This document shows, piece by piece, positions 19,311 through 29,151 of a stretch of DNA of 64,000 nucleotides. The stretch's first letter is position 1. Each line of letters begins with the position of its first letter. The DNA comes from an uncultured virus (IMG/VR IMGVR_UViG_3300028840_004242) (lineage: Duplodnaviria; Heunggongvirae; Uroviricota; Caudoviricetes). The position numbers were made by a program, and so were the translations under genes. Where the stretch lies: IMG/VR virus record IMGVR_UViG_3300028840_004242, positions 1-64,000 of that record, one strand, 5' to 3'. Under the pieces are notes generated by a model. It did no database searches. It was not told the DNA's origin and saw only the letters and a program-made list of their open reading frames with translations.

Positions 19311-20573
19311 ATGAAAATTGCAATCATGACAACATTTCAAGAGTTTCAACCAGGTTACAGTCTTACGGGTATTGTTAAGGATCAGGTAGAGATGCTCGCT
19401 CGTTATGACCATGAAGTTCACCTTTTTGTAAATGAAAGGTATCATGGAGAGGACTTTCCAGGTAACGTACAATTAAGGAAGGAAATACCTTTTACTCACC
19501 TCAAAGATTATCATTCTGTGAGGGACCTGTCAGACGAGCATAAGATTATCAAAATTGAGACAGCCAAAAGGTTCGTCAAGATACTCGGTGAAGAGGAATT
19601 TGATGTAGTTTATACTCATGACTTTGTTTTCATTGGTTGGAATATGCCTTATGGTGAAGCTATAAAGGAAGCTACTTCCAATCTACCAAAGGTAGTGTGG
19701 ATGCACTGGATACACAGTATCCCTTCAGGTGGTCCACGAGATTGGTGGAATATAGGGGAATACGGTCCAAATCATAAACTCATCTATCCAAACGAAACTG
19801 ACCGTATTAGGGTAGCAGAGCACTATAAGGGGCAGATTCATGATGTTCGTTGTATACCTCACATTAAAGATATCCGTACATGGTTTGAATTTAGTGACGA
19901 CACCAAGAGGCTGATTGATAAATATCCAGGCATACTGAGTGCAGAATTCGTTCAATTACTACCTGCTTCAGTAGATCGACTGGCAGCCAAAAGGTTGCGT
20001 TATGTAATGAGTATCTTTGCTGAGCTTAAAGCTCATGGAAGAGAAGTGTTCCTTCTCGTAGCTAATCAGTGGGCTACTGGTAAACAACAGAAAGAAGATA
20101 CTGATAAATATAGACAACATGCGATAATGAAAGGATTGATTGATCAAGTAGACTTCGCCTTTACCAGCGACTTCGAGAGCCCCAAGTTTGATGTAGGCAT
20201 TCCCCAGTATATGATCCGTGAGCTGTTTCTCTGTAGCAACCTGTTTATCTTCCCCACTAGGGAAGAGTCTTTTGGTCTTGTAGTACCAGAGGCGGCTTTG
20301 TCTGGAACCTATATGGTGCTAAATAAGTCTTTGCATCAGCAAATAGAGATTACTAAGGCCAATTGCCTCTATTTTGACTTTGGTAGCTTTAGTCATGATT
20401 TAAAGATTGAAGATCCAGATAAATTCTTTCGTGATGTAGCTTTTATCATCATAGGCAGATTTAAAGAGAATGAGGCATTGAAAATCAAGACACACTGCCG
20501 CAGAACCTATAATTATGATAATCTTTACCGTAAGTACTACGCACCCACAATGCAGGAGTTAAAATATAGATGA
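19311..20573 (+). CDS. Glycosyltransferase, GT-B fold (GT4-like)
   Basis: LFIFPTREESFGLVVPEAALSG (E-x7-E motif). Confidence 0.85.
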   Translation: MKIAIMTTFQEFQPGYSLTGIVKDQVEMLARYDHEVHLFVNERYHGEDFPGNVQLRKEIPFTHLKDYHSVRDLSDEHKIIKIETAKRFVKILGEEEFDVVYTHDFVFIGWNMPYGEAIKEATSNLPKVVWMHWIHSIPSGGPRDWWNIGEYGPNHKLIYPNETDRIRVAEHYKGQIHDVRCIPHIKDIRTWFEFSDDTKRLIDKYPGILSAEFVQLLPASVDRLAAKRLRYVMSIFAELKAHGREVFLLVANQWATGKQQKEDTDKYRQHAIMKGLIDQVDFAFTSDFESPKFDVGIPQYMIRELFLCSNLFIFPTREESFGLVVPEAALSGTYMVLNKSLHQQIEITKANCLYFDFGSFSHDLKIEDPDKFFRDVAFIIIGRFKENEALKIKTHCRRTYNYDNLYRKYYAPTMQELKYR

Positions 20574-21154
20574 GAAATTGGTACGAGAGTAAAAGAGTTA
20601 AAGGACTAAAGGCTCTTATCAGTCATGAACTCGACAGCTTCCCTATAATACAGAAGGTGGTAAGGGATAGTAAGTTTAAGGTAATAGTGGAGTTGGGTAC
20701 TTTTTATTATGGACTTACCTTGTTATTGCATGAGGCTGATCCTAAGGCTACTCTTTTTACCTTTGACAATATGGATGCTAGGACGAGTTTAGTACGTGCT
20801 AAAGGTAAAGTCACTAAGGAGGATTTGGAGTTCCTTATAAACCATGGTTTTGGTAAGAGGGTATCCTTTATAAGGTCAGATGTTATAGACAGGAAGAATA
20901 TCATGCTGTCAGCCTTACTTGAAAGACCTGAAAAGAAACTCCTTTATTGTGATAATGGTAACAAGGACAGAGAAATCTGTTATTATGGTAAGCTGTTAAA
21001 TAAAGGAGATGTGATGGGTGTTCATGATTGGGGATATGAAGTTCATCCTGAGAATCCTTGCGTTAAAGAGGTGCTTGATATGTTCAGAGGACATCCAGCT
21101 AATACTCATCTTAAACTTAAAAGCTGTACCACTCGCTTTTTCATAAAGGAATAG
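20570..21154 (+). CDS. Class I SAM-dependent methyltransferase (CmcI/Methyltransf_24-like)
   Basis: VIVELGTFYYG motif I-like segment; LLNKGDVMGVHDW. Confidence 0.65.
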   Translation: MRNWYESKRVKGLKALISHELDSFPIIQKVVRDSKFKVIVELGTFYYGLTLLLHEADPKATLFTFDNMDARTSLVRAKGKVTKEDLEFLINHGFGKRVSFIRSDVIDRKNIMLSALLERPEKKLLYCDNGNKDREICYYGKLLNKGDVMGVHDWGYEVHPENPCVKEVLDMFRGHPANTHLKLKSCTTRFFIKE

Positions 21155-21155
21155 T

Positions 21156-21878
21156 ATGAGAGTGCCCTTGGGAATTATAACGTACCAACGTCCTGACTAC
21201 TTAGGCAGAACACTCACTTCCTTCTTTAATGTTAATTATGATTGCTTAGAAGAATTTAGACCAGTAGTGGTGCTTGTGCAGGGCATGGATGACGCTACGA
21301 TGAGAGTTCTAGATAGGTTTAAAGAGAGAATAGATAGGATTATTTCCCTTAAAAGTAATCATGGTTGTGCTTGGGGTTATTCCCTTTTAAATCAAGAGCT
21401 TTTAGAAGAAGGTACGGATCTTGTAATGCACTTACAAGATGATTGGTTAAGTACGGAGCCTATTACTCACTACCTTTATGAGGATGACTTCTCTGGATAT
21501 AAAAATAACAAAGGTATCTTTCAACTGTTTGAAGAAAGGGAGGATGTTGGGTATGCACGGCTTAGGTCGGCTACGTGGAGCAAGGTGAGTATTGTAAATA
21601 GAATCTCTAAAAAGACTATCAAATGGAAGAAATGGGATACCAAGTTCAATAAGTACTGTCGTATTGTTATTGGTAATGCTCATTTTACCTTTAATCCTAC
21701 TATCATTAGAACCTCCGTTTTAAAGCGTATGCTACCTGTAACTGAAGAGCACGATGCGATGGAGAAATATCATAAATTAGGTTTACTTGCTGGTCAGGTG
21801 AGAGGAAACTGTTTTATGCACATAGGAGAAGAGAGGGCTACAACAGAAATTAGGGGAAAGGATAGGTGGGTAAGATGA
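21156..21878 (+). CDS. Glycosyltransferase, GT-A fold (GT2-like)
   Basis: IITYQRPDYLGRTLTSF N-terminus; MHLQDDW DxD-like motif; FMHIG. Confidence 0.75.
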   Translation: MRVPLGIITYQRPDYLGRTLTSFFNVNYDCLEEFRPVVVLVQGMDDATMRVLDRFKERIDRIISLKSNHGCAWGYSLLNQELLEEGTDLVMHLQDDWLSTEPITHYLYEDDFSGYKNNKGIFQLFEEREDVGYARLRSATWSKVSIVNRISKKTIKWKKWDTKFNKYCRIVIGNAHFTFNPTIIRTSVLKRMLPVTEEHDAMEKYHKLGLLAGQVRGNCFMHIGEERATTEIRGKDRWVR

Positions 21879-22579
21879 GTAGAAAGAAGAAACCTACCCC
21901 TTTCTCTATACAGTTAAAGAAATGGTATCCTAGGATGGAAGATAGATCCTCCATCATTCATAAGTTTATTTCTATTCACATACCAAGAACAGGAGGGACT
22001 ACTTTTCGCAACCTTCTGTTTTATTGGTATGGTATTTTAAATGTGCTTCATGATGAAACAAGTAAGAGGTATATTCCTGATATAATAAAAGCCTCTCCTC
22101 CTCCTAATGCTACTCTATTTGACATAATACATGGGCATTTTCATCATACTAAGTATGATTATTTAGGATTGCCTATGGTCACATGGGTAAGGAATCCTAT
22201 AGATATGGTTGCAAGTCAGTTCTATTCTCTTAAAATTCATAATACTACTGCCAGGTCTCCAGAAATACACATAAAGATAATAAAGGAGGAGATGACTCTA
22301 ATAGATTTTGCTAGGTACGAAGGCACTCGTAATCCTATTAGTAAGTTTATTGGAGGAACAGATTTAGATAAATTCGACTTTATAGGCATAACAGAGTATT
22401 ACGATGAGAGCTTACAGAGATTTGGTAAGTGGAGTGGTATGCCTATTCCAAATGCTTATCCTATTTATAATTTTAGAGACTACCCGGAGATAAGTAAAAA
22501 GGAAAGAGATATAATCGGAAAATACAATAAAAAAGATCTAATAATATATGATGAAGCGGTTAAGAGGTTTGCACCTTGA
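21866..22579 (+). CDS. Sulfotransferase (Sulfotransfer_2-like)
   Basis: 5'-PSB loop IHIPRTGGTTF; 3'-PB motif VRNPIDMVAS; FDFIGITEYYDESL. Confidence 0.8.
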   Translation: MGKMSRKKKPTPFSIQLKKWYPRMEDRSSIIHKFISIHIPRTGGTTFRNLLFYWYGILNVLHDETSKRYIPDIIKASPPPNATLFDIIHGHFHHTKYDYLGLPMVTWVRNPIDMVASQFYSLKIHNTTARSPEIHIKIIKEEMTLIDFARYEGTRNPISKFIGGTDLDKFDFIGITEYYDESLQRFGKWSGMPIPNAYPIYNFRDYPEISKKERDIIGKYNKKDLIIYDEAVKRFAP

Positions 22580-23715
22580 GGTTGATTTTCTTATTTAATA
22601 GTGATGGAGCAGCACAAGAAGGATCTAATGTGCCTTGGGATCCTCACGCTCAATCTAATAATTTTTATGCTACAGGTGAAAATGGATTGCCTAGCGAAGG
22701 GTACCTGTATATGCTCCGCGAAATGCTTAATCAGGGTATAATAGATGACCTTCTTATTTTTATCGAATCCTCTCGCAGTCCAGGTTATACCACTTATTTT
22801 AATCATGTTAAGTGTTATGTAGTTCCTGAGATAGGATATGCACATCAGTTCTTGAGATCAGATGATATAATTTGGGCAAGAGGTGGATTTAGAAGTTGGT
22901 TTAACTTTTTAAACCGTATGAAGAAAGAAAGGCGTTGGTTGCTGGTTTACGCAGCCAATACAGGTAGGGCACGGTGGAAGTTCTGGGACGTTGTTTTTGA
23001 CGACCTTTATGGGAAGCATCGTTATGATTCCCGAGGTAGATTTTTTTACTACTTCAAAAAGCCTATAAATCCGGATTACTTCCGGCCTCTTCCTGATATT
23101 AAGAAGAGGTATGATATCTGCGTTGGTGCATCGCACGTCCACGACAAGAAAGGTCAGTGGAAAACCATTGAGGTCATCGCGGAGTATAAAAGGCTTTTTA
23201 ATCAAGACCTCCACTGTATAATGCCAGGTCGTGTAACTCACGGGGTCAAAACAAACCAGATAGGTTCAACTATAAATAGTGCCCGTCTGTCAGTACACTG
23301 TCCTGGTATGCTCCACCGCACAAAGGTGGCTGAGGTTTTAAACCAAAGCCACCTTTCTGTCTTTATGGGACAAGGCGGGCAGAATGATAGGGGTCCAATA
23401 GAATCGCTGGCCTGTGGAACTCCTATACTCTTGGCGGGGACTGCCCGCCATTGTCCTTCTATTTGGAAAGATAATCCTTTTTGTCATGTATCTTCAAACC
23501 CTGATGATATAAGCAGCATAGCTCATGAACTTAGGAATGCAATCCTTACCTTCCGTAAAAAGGGAATAAAGCAGAGGTGTTATGATGATTTTCAAAAGCG
23601 TAATGGTCTTTATGATGTAATATTACCTGAAATGGAAAGACTGTTCCGTGTAATTAGAAAGAATCCTAAACCAGATATTCAACCTTTAATAAAGGAATAT
23701 ATTGAAAATGATTGA
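22576..23715 (+). CDS. Glycosyltransferase, GT-B fold
   Basis: KKGQWKTIE; NDRGPIESLACGTPIL (E-x-x-A-C-G-x-P). Confidence 0.75.
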   Translation: MRLIFLFNSDGAAQEGSNVPWDPHAQSNNFYATGENGLPSEGYLYMLREMLNQGIIDDLLIFIESSRSPGYTTYFNHVKCYVVPEIGYAHQFLRSDDIIWARGGFRSWFNFLNRMKKERRWLLVYAANTGRARWKFWDVVFDDLYGKHRYDSRGRFFYYFKKPINPDYFRPLPDIKKRYDICVGASHVHDKKGQWKTIEVIAEYKRLFNQDLHCIMPGRVTHGVKTNQIGSTINSARLSVHCPGMLHRTKVAEVLNQSHLSVFMGQGGQNDRGPIESLACGTPILLAGTARHCPSIWKDNPFCHVSSNPDDISSIAHELRNAILTFRKKGIKQRCYDDFQKRNGLYDVILPEMERLFRVIRKNPKPDIQPLIKEYIEND

Positions 23716-24301
23716 TTTAAGAACAATGTATAAAGGAAGATATTTTGCAAGAAGAAGCAGTTTAGAGTGGAGAGCAAAGGCTGTATGTGATGCTATTTGT
23801 AAAGTATTAGATCCTAAATCTGTGATAGATGCAGGGTGTGCTGTTGGAGATCTAATAAAAGAGTTTGACAAAAGAAAGATAATGTGCTATGGGATAGAGG
23901 GTACGGATAATGTAGTTCCCTACCTTTTGGTTCCTAAAGATAAAGTTTTCATCAAAGACCTGAGACTTCCACTTAACTTAGGTCTAAGTTTTGATCTTGC
24001 AATTTGTTTAGAGGTAGCAGAGCATATAGATGAAGAGTGTGCAGATCAATTTGTTGAGAATTTAACCAATCTCTCCAAAAGAGTTCTAATTTCAGCCGCT
24101 CCTCCTGGACAAGGAGGTCACGGTCATGTCAACTGTCAGCCTTACACCTATTGGGTATTCAAGTTTGTTAATAGAGGTTTTATTAACGGGCAATCTATTC
24201 AGGATAGAGTAAAGAATCTGTTAAAACCTTGGAAAGACAAGAAAGGAATCAAAGCCTATTACGATAACATGATGTATTTTGAAAGGATAAAGCCGTTTTG
24301 A
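23702..24301 (+). CDS. Class I SAM-dependent methyltransferase
   Basis: VIDAGCAVG; FDLAICLEVAEHI; GQGGHGHVNCQ. Confidence 0.85.
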   Translation: MKMIDLRTMYKGRYFARRSSLEWRAKAVCDAICKVLDPKSVIDAGCAVGDLIKEFDKRKIMCYGIEGTDNVVPYLLVPKDKVFIKDLRLPLNLGLSFDLAICLEVAEHIDEECADQFVENLTNLSKRVLISAAPPGQGGHGHVNCQPYTYWVFKFVNRGFINGQSIQDRVKNLLKPWKDKKGIKAYYDNMMYFERIKPF

Positions 24302-24927
24302 GGAAGTTTGTTTTTGTTCATATACCTAAATGTGGAGGCACTTCTTTTAATATTACGGTAAGGGAAAAGTTTAAAGATAAGATATTTAGGGATCGTCATT
24401 TTAGGAAAGACAGATACTTGGGAATGATAAAATTTACTGATAGGTCTGAAAAGGGTTACCCTGGTGGTTTTGACGAAAACTACCATGTAGGCGTTATTGG
24501 TCATTTTACAGCCAATAAGTATAAGCATTTAGGGTGGCCTATGATTACTTTCCTTAGGGATCCTGTAGACAGATTGATTTCCTATTACTCTGTTTGGAAG
24601 CACGGGGCTGAGGGAATTAAATCAAAGAATATATTTTGGTTCGCCCGTCAATTTCCTAACTATATGCATCTAATGACAGGCGGGGATTTAGATCAATTTG
24701 CTTTTGTAGGTATTACAGAGAGGCATGAAGAAAGTATGAGAATAATAGAAAAGATTTTGGGATTTGAAATCATACATAAGATGCATGCCAACAGAACTCC
24801 TGGTAGGAAGAAGTTTAGGTTTAGTGGACGTACCAGGAGAATACTTGATGAAATAAATCAAGAGGATAGAAGTATTTACAATGAGGCATTAAGTAGGTTT
24901 GATATAATGGCTCAAAGATATCTATAG
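24298..24927 (+). CDS. Sulfotransferase (Sulfotransfer_2-like), second copy
   Basis: FVHIPKCGGTSF; FLRDPVDRLISYY; FAFVGITE. Confidence 0.85.
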   Translation: MRKFVFVHIPKCGGTSFNITVREKFKDKIFRDRHFRKDRYLGMIKFTDRSEKGYPGGFDENYHVGVIGHFTANKYKHLGWPMITFLRDPVDRLISYYSVWKHGAEGIKSKNIFWFARQFPNYMHLMTGGDLDQFAFVGITERHEESMRIIEKILGFEIIHKMHANRTPGRKKFRFSGRTRRILDEINQEDRSIYNEALSRFDIMAQRYL

Positions 24928-24935
24928 GAGGTATC

Positions 24936-25664
24936 ATGATAGATGTTACAATCACAGCTTGCAGAAGGCGTGAATTACTATTCAAGACTCTTAATTCTTT
25001 TTTAGAAAACCTTTTATGGAACCATGACTTTAGAATTATTATTAATGTGGATCCTGTAGGAGTAAATGAGGACAGCTATAAGTCGATAGAATTATGCTAT
25101 TGGTTCGCAGAACCCGTTATTGCTCGCTGTCCAGCAGAGCCTAATTTTAGTGATGCTTTTAAGTGGTGTTGGGATCAGGTAGAAAATAATTGGATCTTAC
25201 AACTGGAAGACGATTGGGAATTGTTGCAAAGGGTGGACTTACGACATATGATGGGAATATTAGAATCATATCAAGATCTTGCACTTCTGCGCCTACCTCA
25301 GTTTAAGTGTGGCAAGGATGGTATGAAGAACTGGGATCGTTGGTTTCCCTGGAATGGCACTTATTATGAATGCCCAGAGGAAATTAAACAAGCAGTAGGT
25401 TTCTGTGGTCATCCTTCCCTTATAAAGGGATCCTTCGTTAAAGCCTGTCGCCAACATCTACTCACCGATCGTAATCCTGAAAAGCAATTTCATGGGGGTA
25501 ATGAAGCATTGGTAAACGAGGTGATGCATTGGAAGTATGGGGTATATGGTCATCCAGGAGAGCCTAATTATATACGAGATATGGGGAGGGAGTGGGCTGT
25601 TAAGAATGGATGGAAAAAGAAAGGTAATAAAGCTCACTTTATGATATGGGAAAAGGAAGAATGA
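24936..25664 (+). CDS. Glycosyltransferase, GT-A fold (GT2-like)
   Basis: VTITACRRRELLFKTLNSF; LQLEDDW; similar layout to the 21156 ORF. Confidence 0.75.
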   Translation: MIDVTITACRRRELLFKTLNSFLENLLWNHDFRIIINVDPVGVNEDSYKSIELCYWFAEPVIARCPAEPNFSDAFKWCWDQVENNWILQLEDDWELLQRVDLRHMMGILESYQDLALLRLPQFKCGKDGMKNWDRWFPWNGTYYECPEEIKQAVGFCGHPSLIKGSFVKACRQHLLTDRNPEKQFHGGNEALVNEVMHWKYGVYGHPGEPNYIRDMGREWAVKNGWKKKGNKAHFMIWEKEE

Positions 25665-26572
25665 AGGTACTTTATCTTTTTCACAAAGGAGCGAATGGAT
25701 ATTATCTTGAGAATGTAGTAAGGGAAATGAATTTATTTCCAGATATATCTTCCTCCATAGTTTACTTTTCAAGATTTAAGGAAAGTATGTTAGAGGAAGA
25801 TTATGATGTACTTATTTATGAAACTTTTCCTGATGAGTACAATCCTAAAAAGTTTAATAAGGAAACGGTGGACTATTTTGATAACATATTCTTAAAGTTT
25901 AAAGGGGTTAAGATACTACACGACACCCATGATGATGGTAACAAGGATGGATACACTAGATTTGATGATATAACTCCTTACCCTCCAGTTATAAAAGCAT
26001 TTACAGGTAAGTACTACCCTAAAATTGATTATGTAATATTGAATACCAGTTTAAGTTTGTCTGATGCTAAGGTGTATAGAGATGAATTCGATAGGGACAT
26101 TTCAATAAGTTTCAAGCATGGTCAAATAGGAGTTGAATATTATCCTCATTATGTTAGGGAGTCGGTTCGTAAAATATTGAAAGTTAATAAAGATCTTCCT
26201 GATGTTAGTTATAAAAGGGTGGAAGGTAGAGAGAATTATATTCAAGAATTAAGAAGAACTCTAATAAGTGTGGGCTGCTGTGGTTTTGGACAGTATTCAG
26301 GATCTTACGCAGATTGCTTAAAAGCTGGTGCTTTGCTGTATGCTCATTGTTCCTTGGAGGATATCCACTTTCTGCCTAATGAAGATTTAGTAGATGGGGA
26401 AGATTATATATCTTGGAACTCCCATAATTTTCATTCTAAACTTAAATGGTTATTAGATAATCCTTTATTGATAGATCGGGTTAGGAAGAATGGGAGAGAA
26501 AAGTTCAAGAAATCTTTTAGCTATGATAGGTCTGCAATTAAATTGATAAATTATTTAAAGAAGGAGGTATGA
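25646..26572 (+). CDS. Glycosyltransferase, GT-B (Glyco_trans_1_2/CgeB-like C-domain)
   Basis: LVDGEDYISW...LKWLLDNP...RVRKNGRE C-terminal pattern; likely ATG start at 25661. Confidence 0.65.
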   Translation: MGKGRMKVLYLFHKGANGYYLENVVREMNLFPDISSSIVYFSRFKESMLEEDYDVLIYETFPDEYNPKKFNKETVDYFDNIFLKFKGVKILHDTHDDGNKDGYTRFDDITPYPPVIKAFTGKYYPKIDYVILNTSLSLSDAKVYRDEFDRDISISFKHGQIGVEYYPHYVRESVRKILKVNKDLPDVSYKRVEGRENYIQELRRTLISVGCCGFGQYSGSYADCLKAGALLYAHCSLEDIHFLPNEDLVDGEDYISWNSHNFHSKLKWLLDNPLLIDRVRKNGREKFKKSFSYDRSAIKLINYLKKEV

Positions 26573-26573
26573 A

Positions 26574-27449
26574 ATGAATTATTGCAATCCAGAAGGTTTC
26601 CGTAATGAGATTAAATTATTAAGGGAACAGGGAAGAGATAAGTTCTTTAGTTGGTTTGATGGACCTAAAGGTGAAAATGAAACTACGGATGCGGCTTTTG
26701 AAAAGGCAGAGGATGTTTTCAACAGGCTTATGCTTCCAAGTGCCAAAAAGTATCTTAAGAAACTTAATACCAAGACTTCTTTAGATATAGGTTATGGAAG
26801 TGGTGGACAAGTTTTGGCTGCCTCATTGTATTTTGACAAGGCATATGGTTTAGATGTTCATGAAGAAGCCGACTTTGTTATGGAAGAACTCAATAAGAGG
26901 GGAATTAAGGACGAAGAGGTAGAATTAGTAGTAGGAGATGGTAAAACAATTCCACTTCCAGAAGAGAGTATTGATTTTGTCCACAGTTGGGTTACGTTTA
27001 TGCACTTAGGAACGGTGGAAAATATCAGAAATTATTTGAAAGAGGTTTACCGTGTTATGAAACCAGGAGGAGTTGGAGTAGTTTTCTTTTCCAGAATGCT
27101 AAGGTCAGCTCTTCACCAGCCTTGGTCTGAGGTACTGAAAGACATCGAAAAGGAGAAAGAAGGACCAGGATATCGTGAAGGCGGACCTAAAACTAAAGTT
27201 CGTGGCATTAACATACAGATGTCAATGTGGTATATGGAAGACTTGGCAAAGAGTACAGGATTTGATTTATTAGATAGAACGGGGTCCTGGGATATGATAC
27301 ACAAGCGCAGGTATTTTTTTGGTCAGTATGGTATCGTATTTAGAAAACCCTCTACCAAATCTTCTACCACTTCTAAAAGTGTATCAAGCACAGATGTTGA
27401 AAGTACTCCAGCAAGACCCAGAAGGAAATTGTTTAGTGGAAATAAATAA
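26574..27449 (+). CDS. Class I SAM-dependent methyltransferase (type 11)
   Basis: LDIGYGSG; IPLPEESIDFVHS; EVYRVMKPGG. Confidence 0.88.
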   Translation: MNYCNPEGFRNEIKLLREQGRDKFFSWFDGPKGENETTDAAFEKAEDVFNRLMLPSAKKYLKKLNTKTSLDIGYGSGGQVLAASLYFDKAYGLDVHEEADFVMEELNKRGIKDEEVELVVGDGKTIPLPEESIDFVHSWVTFMHLGTVENIRNYLKEVYRVMKPGGVGVVFFSRMLRSALHQPWSEVLKDIEKEKEGPGYREGGPKTKVRGINIQMSMWYMEDLAKSTGFDLLDRTGSWDMIHKRRYFFGQYGIVFRKPSTKSSTTSKSVSSTDVESTPARPRRKLFSGNK

Positions 27450-27475
27450 AGCATAGTGAAGCATTAAGCAAGCAC

Positions 27476-27499
27476 AGTTCGTGCAGAATTCGTCAAATA
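27476..27499 (+). promoter_or_regulatory. Conserved intergenic motif, copy 2 (AGTTCGTGCAGAATTCGTCAAATA)
   Basis: Near-identical to 4277-4300. Preceded by AGCATTAAGCA, as is the minus-strand copy near 48500. Confidence 0.6.
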
Positions 27500-27526
27500 T
27501 CAGCGTCAATTTTAACGTGTAATTAC

Positions 27527-28543
27527 ATGACTTTACGACAATCTCGCAGGAGAAGAAAGGAATACGATAAAATGGCAGAACTTTCAGTAATTATACCGTA
27601 TGTAAATGAATATCCACAGCTGATATTCACTTTGCAATCCATCGCAGGAGAGCTGCGTGACAGGGTAGACTTCGAGATCGTAGCAGTAAACAATTATTGT
27701 GATCAATTTGTGAATCAAAGAAAGACTCAGAACCTACCTTGGGAAGAGGATAAGGGAGCCGAAGCCATTAAAGCTACAGCTCAGAAACAGAACCCATGGT
27801 TGAAACATGCAGAGTATTCTGAAAGGCTGTCCCATTGGAATGCCAAAAGGGTGGGTGTTAAGCACAGCACTGGTGATTATTTATTTTTTGTGGATTCACA
27901 CGTTATCCTTGCTCGTGACAGCCTTTATGGTATGCTCCAGTACTATAAGCAGAATGAGGAAAAGATAAACGGATCAATGCACTTACCACTCACTTATAAA
28001 ATATTAGAATCTCGTAGGTTGATATACAAACTTAATGTTGAGTGGTTTGAACATGGGTTACTTGACTACAAATTCACACCCTGTCGTGTAGACAAAGGAG
28101 ATCCTTTTGAGGTTCCCTGCATGAGTTGTTGTGGAGTACTCGTATCAAGAAAAGTATATGAAGCATTAGGAGGTTGGTCTCCTGAGCTTGGTATATATGG
28201 AGGAGGTGAGAACTTTTTTAATTTTACCCTATCCGTTTTGGGAATGAATAAATGGATCTATCCTAATGGTACTTGTTTCCATCATGGTGAAAGGAGAAGC
28301 TATCATTACCTTTATGATGACTATGTACGCAATAAGCTCATCGCTTGTTACCTTTATGGAGGAAGGGATTATGCACTCAAAGCTATTAATGGGGGTCTCA
28401 AGGGGAAACCTGAAGTTCTTCACTCTATTTATAGGAATGTAGACCTGAAATGTCGCCGCCACAGAGATCATATTCAAAGGCGTCAAAAGGTCAGTATAGA
28501 GGATTGGGTAAAGAAGTGGATGCCCCCAGACGCTTCTGCCTGA
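27527..28543 (+). CDS. GT-A glycosyltransferase with polypeptide GalNAc-transferase (GT27)-like motifs
   Basis: SVIIPYVNE; FFVDSH (DxH); ALGGWSPELGIYGGGENFF...CFHH. Likely ATG start at 27572. Confidence 0.8.
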   Translation: MTLRQSRRRRKEYDKMAELSVIIPYVNEYPQLIFTLQSIAGELRDRVDFEIVAVNNYCDQFVNQRKTQNLPWEEDKGAEAIKATAQKQNPWLKHAEYSERLSHWNAKRVGVKHSTGDYLFFVDSHVILARDSLYGMLQYYKQNEEKINGSMHLPLTYKILESRRLIYKLNVEWFEHGLLDYKFTPCRVDKGDPFEVPCMSCCGVLVSRKVYEALGGWSPELGIYGGGENFFNFTLSVLGMNKWIYPNGTCFHHGERRSYHYLYDDYVRNKLIACYLYGGRDYALKAINGGLKGKPEVLHSIYRNVDLKCRRHRDHIQRRQKVSIEDWVKKWMPPDASA

Positions 28544-28673
28544 CCAGAAAGTTATTCTATAAAATAAGGGTGAAGATACAACAGGATGAGGAATTGGAAG
28601 ATTATCAGAAACGTAAATTAATCTATTTGCTTGACTTTGTGATTGAGTCAAGATTTAACAAGGGAGGTAAAAA

Positions 28674-29102
28674 ATGAAAAAATCTATTTATGTAGTAATT
28701 CTGTCATTGGTAATTATTTTTAGTGCTTACGCATTAGATTGGCAAAAAACCAACCAGGCAACTGTTGCCTGGGATGCTGTAACTACCTTGGAGGATGGTA
28801 CAGTAATACCTGCTGGAGATGTAATTAAGTACAATGTCTACCTGGCTAATTTTAAGACCGATCCTAACAAAGAGAATCCTTCTTTGCTCACTACTACACC
28901 TATTGTTGATTTACAATATGTTATTACTTTGAATACCGAAGGTCGCTATTTAGTAGGTGTTAGTGCTGTTAGGTTTGATTCAGAAGGAACTTTATTAGAA
29001 GAGAGTGAGGTTAACTGGTCGGATACTAATGGGGAATATACGCCAAACCCTTTCGGTATCGTGCATCACGTTCCACCGGGCAAGCCGAAGAACTTGAGGT
29101 AA
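28674..29102 (+). CDS. Secreted fibronectin-III-like protein
   Basis: Signal peptide MKKSIYVVILSLVIIFSAYA; VAWDAV...YNVY...PPGKPKNLR; GGAGGT RBS. Confidence 0.6.
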   Translation: MKKSIYVVILSLVIIFSAYALDWQKTNQATVAWDAVTTLEDGTVIPAGDVIKYNVYLANFKTDPNKENPSLLTTTPIVDLQYVITLNTEGRYLVGVSAVRFDSEGTLLEESEVNWSDTNGEYTPNPFGIVHHVPPGKPKNLR

Positions 29103-29151
29103 CAAAAGAGCTTATAGAAAGTTCCAGTTGTTTTATCAATACGGTGATTAA

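Noticed and set aside
27345..27449. Ser/Thr-rich C-terminus of the methyltransferase as another glycosylation tag
   Set aside because: Short, Lys-interrupted and lacking the T-run-Ala ending; more likely a generic disordered tail.
4277..27499. The 24-nt near-identical pair as att sites or mobile-element ends
   Set aside because: No integrase or transposase in the window, the enclosed region holds essential tail genes, and a third copy lies in the replication module; a regulatory role fits better.
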